A DNA stretch of 64,000 bases from the human T2T-CHM13v2.0 reference genome, Homo sapiens, in the NCBI RefSeq assembly GCF_009914755.1, contig NC_060944.1; one strand, written 5' to 3'. A program made the translations under genes and the position numbers. This document shows positions 60,749 to 64,000 of the stretch, one piece after another. Below the pieces are notes generated by a model. It searched no databases, was not told the origin of the DNA, and saw only the letters and a program-made list of their open reading frames with translations. Every line of letters starts with the position of its first letter. The first letter of the stretch is position 1.

Positions 60749-62137
60749 TTAAGAAAAAGAAAAAAAAATTCAGATACCTGTAACCTAAATAATTAATATT
60801 TGAAAAAATTTCATCATTGCTTCTTTCATTCAGTTAATATATTTTGAACCACTTGCCATGGTGTTATATATAGACATGTCTTATATATGTGTATATATAT
60901 GTGTGTATTTATTTATTTTTTGAGACAGAGTCTCGCTTTGTCATCCAGGCTGGAGTTCAGTGGTACAATCATGGCTCACTGCACCCTTGACTTCCTGGGC
61001 TCAAGCAATCCTTCCAGCTTCCCTAGTAGCTGGGACTACAGGCGCATGCCACCACACCCAGCTAATTTTTGTAGTTTTTGTTGAGGTGGGAATTCACTAG
61101 TCTTGAATTCCTGAGCTCAAGCAATCCTCCCATCTTGGCTTCCCAAAGTGCTGGGATTATAGGCATGAGCCACTGTGCTCACCCAGTTTTTTATTTTTAG
61201 ATACAGGGTCTCGCTCTGTGGCTTAAAGCTAGATGGTGCAGTGGCACCATCATAGCTCACTACAACCTTGAGCGCCTGGGCTTAAGGAATCTTCCTGTCA
61301 GCCTCCCCAGTAGCTGGGACCACAGGCATGCACCACTGCACCTAATTAAAAAAAATTTTTTTTATAGAGATGGAGGGGGTCTCATTTTGTTCCTCAGGCT
61401 AGTCTCAAACTCCTGGCCTCAAGCAATCCTCTGCTTCAGCCTCCCGAAGTGCTGGGATTACAGGTGTGAGCCACGGTGCCCGGCCCCTTATTCTTTTTGA
61501 AGGCTGTTTTAAGAATTCCAGATTTCCAGCCATGAATGTGTGATTACTAACTAGTCTCTTGTTATATGCCTCATCAACACCACACTTCTCCCAGAAGTTG
61601 TGCAGGCATTTAGTTTATTGTTACTCAGGAATGGATGAGAAAGGATATCAAAGATCTGAACCAGCTGATTACCATCTTGGTCACTTGAGAACTCAGGTCT
61701 GTCCAATAAACACCCTAATCCAAGGTGGTGTTAAATACATATATATATATTTTTACTTTACGTTTATTTATTTTGAAAAATTTCAAACCTATAGAAAAAT
61801 TGAGGCAGTACCATAGTCTTAGTCCATTTTCCATTACTTAGAATATCCAAAAGTGAGTAATTTATAAAGAAAATTAATTTATTTCTTACAGCTATGGAGG
61901 CCAAGGTCGAGGGGACATATCTGGTCAGCGTTTTGCCATGTTGGTCAGGCTGGTCTCGAACTCCTGACCTCAAGGCCTGCCTTGGCCTCCCAAAGTGCTG
62001 GGATTACAGGCATGAGCCACCGTGCCCAGCCACCTCTGAGCACTTTAGATAGTATGTCTTAAGAACAAAGACATAGCCCGGCGCAGTGGCTCACGCCTGT
62101 AATCCCAGCAGTTTGGGAGGCTGAGTCGGGCGGATCA

Positions 62138-62395
<258 letters not shown>

Positions 62396-63659
62396 TTATC
62401 ACACTCAAGAAACTTAACATTGATATGATTGTGTATAATACATAGTCCATATTCAAATTTTTCTCTCATTTCAAAATTATTCTTTGTGGCCTAAAATCCT
62501 GTATCCAATCATGATATTTTTGAACAATCCAGACTAGTTGTTGTATAGAAGTAAGTAGTTTGTTTTTTTTGTTTTGTTTTTTTTTTTTTTTTGAGACAGG
62601 GCCTGGCTCCGTTGCCCAGGCTGGAGTGCAGTGGCATGATCACGGCTTACTGCAACCTCTGCCTCCTGTGCTCAAGCAATCTTGTGCCTCAGCTTCCTAA
62701 ATAACTGGAATTAGAGGTGCGTGACACCACGCCTAGCTAATTTTTGTATTTTTAATAGAGATGGGTTTTTGTCATGTTGCCCAGGCTGGTCTTGAACTCC
62801 TGGACTCGAAGCAATCCTCCCACCTCAGCCTCCCAAAGTGCTGGGATTTATAGGTGTGAGCCACCAGGCCTGGCAGTTAAGTACATTTTTTAAGGACTAA
62901 TAAAAATGTAGAAATCTTCGTTATTTCCGGAATCCTTTATGTTTTACTGCCAGTACTAATGTAGTAATGCCAGACAGTAGTCATGTCTACTGTTCCAGGT
63001 TGTCCAAAGGATTCAGCAGCAAAGGATGAAAGTGGTGGGAAGTTTTGCATAGTGGTCGACCAAGGGCTAGTTTGGTGAGTGTCTTGCCTATGATAATGGA
63101 CAGGAAGACACCAGTTATTTTATTTTATTTTTATTTTATTTTATTTTATTTTAATTTTATTTTGTGTTGTGTTGTGTTATCTTTGAGATGGAGTCTCACT
63201 GTATCACCCAGGCTGGAGTGCAGTGGCGCAATCTCGGCTCACTGTAACCTCTGCCTCCCGGGTTGAAGTGATCCTCCTGCCTCAGCCTCTTGAGTAGCTG
63301 GGATTATATGCGTGAGCCACCACACCCGACTAATTTTTTGTATTTTTAGTAGAGACAGGGTTTTACCATGTTGGCCAGGCTGGTCTTGAACTCCTTACCT
63401 CAGGTGATCCACCCACCGCAGCCCCCCAAAGTGTTGGGATTACAGGCGTGAGCCACCACACCCAGCTGACACCAGTTATTTAACTCACATTTCTCTGTTT
63501 TCCTTTTAAAGGTAGTAGTGACACCTTTGAAATCTTTTGGCATTTTCTTTGCCTGTTCTCCCTTATGTGTTAAGGATAAGCTTACGTGCAGAATGGCTTG
63601 TTAAGTTTTTTCTCCTCCGTACTTGGAAATCTCATCTGGTGGGACATTAGGGTCAGAAT

Positions 63660-64000
63660 TTTGTATATTATATATTATATATCTATCATGATATATATAA
63701 TGTATTTTATATATTATATATTATATAAATATCATGATAGATATATAATATATAATTATATATTATATATTTTATATTTATAAAATAAAAATAAAAAATT
63801 GCAATTATTTTCAAATAGTAAAACCACGTAGATAAAATATAATTCTGGCCAGGCACGTGGCTCATGCCTGTAATCCCAGCACTTTGGGAGGCTAAGGTGG
63901 GTGGATCACCTGAGGTCAGGTGATATAATATACAACAGATATAATATGTCTATTATATATTATATATAATGTTATATAGATATCTATATTATATATAATA
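63660..64000. repeat. AT-rich low-complexity tracts (63660-63800 and 63921-end)
   Basis: Directly visible; runs off the window. Confidence 0.9.

Overview
Human (primate) genomic DNA, recognised from the encoded proteins as the KIF3B-ASXL1 locus (chr20q11.21), with both genes on the + strand. Bases 1-~21.9 kb hold the last seven exons of kinesin-2 subunit KIF3B (stalk and tail, stop at 18189-18191, ~3.7 kb 3'UTR). An Alu-, L2/MIR-, Tigger- and MLT-rich intergenic spacer of ~23 kb follows. The CpG-island promoter and first four exons of ASXL1 (HARE-HTH domain, including a 3-nt microexon) occupy the rest. There are no prokaryote-type systems, and nearly all ORF-track entries are repeat or GC artefacts. 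The main signal is a cluster of RNA-processing options acting on the ASXL1 N-terminal domain: a 7-codon uORF, a candidate alternative first exon, a NAGNAG-GT microexon, an exon 2-4 circle with a stop-free frame, and a terminal exon whose acceptor and stop codon come from a ~28-bp Alu remnant that kept its TSDs. Other oddities are a ~1.9-kb strand-asymmetric AT repeat grown from an Alu tail, a tailless 5S rRNA retrocopy, a polyadenylated LTR12 retrocopy, a hairpin-masked cryptic acceptor in KIF3B, and several chimeric or nested Alus. Repeat subfamily calls and boundaries were made by eye and are approximate. Exon numbers follow my recollection of the reference gene models. No database search was run, so novelty is unverified.
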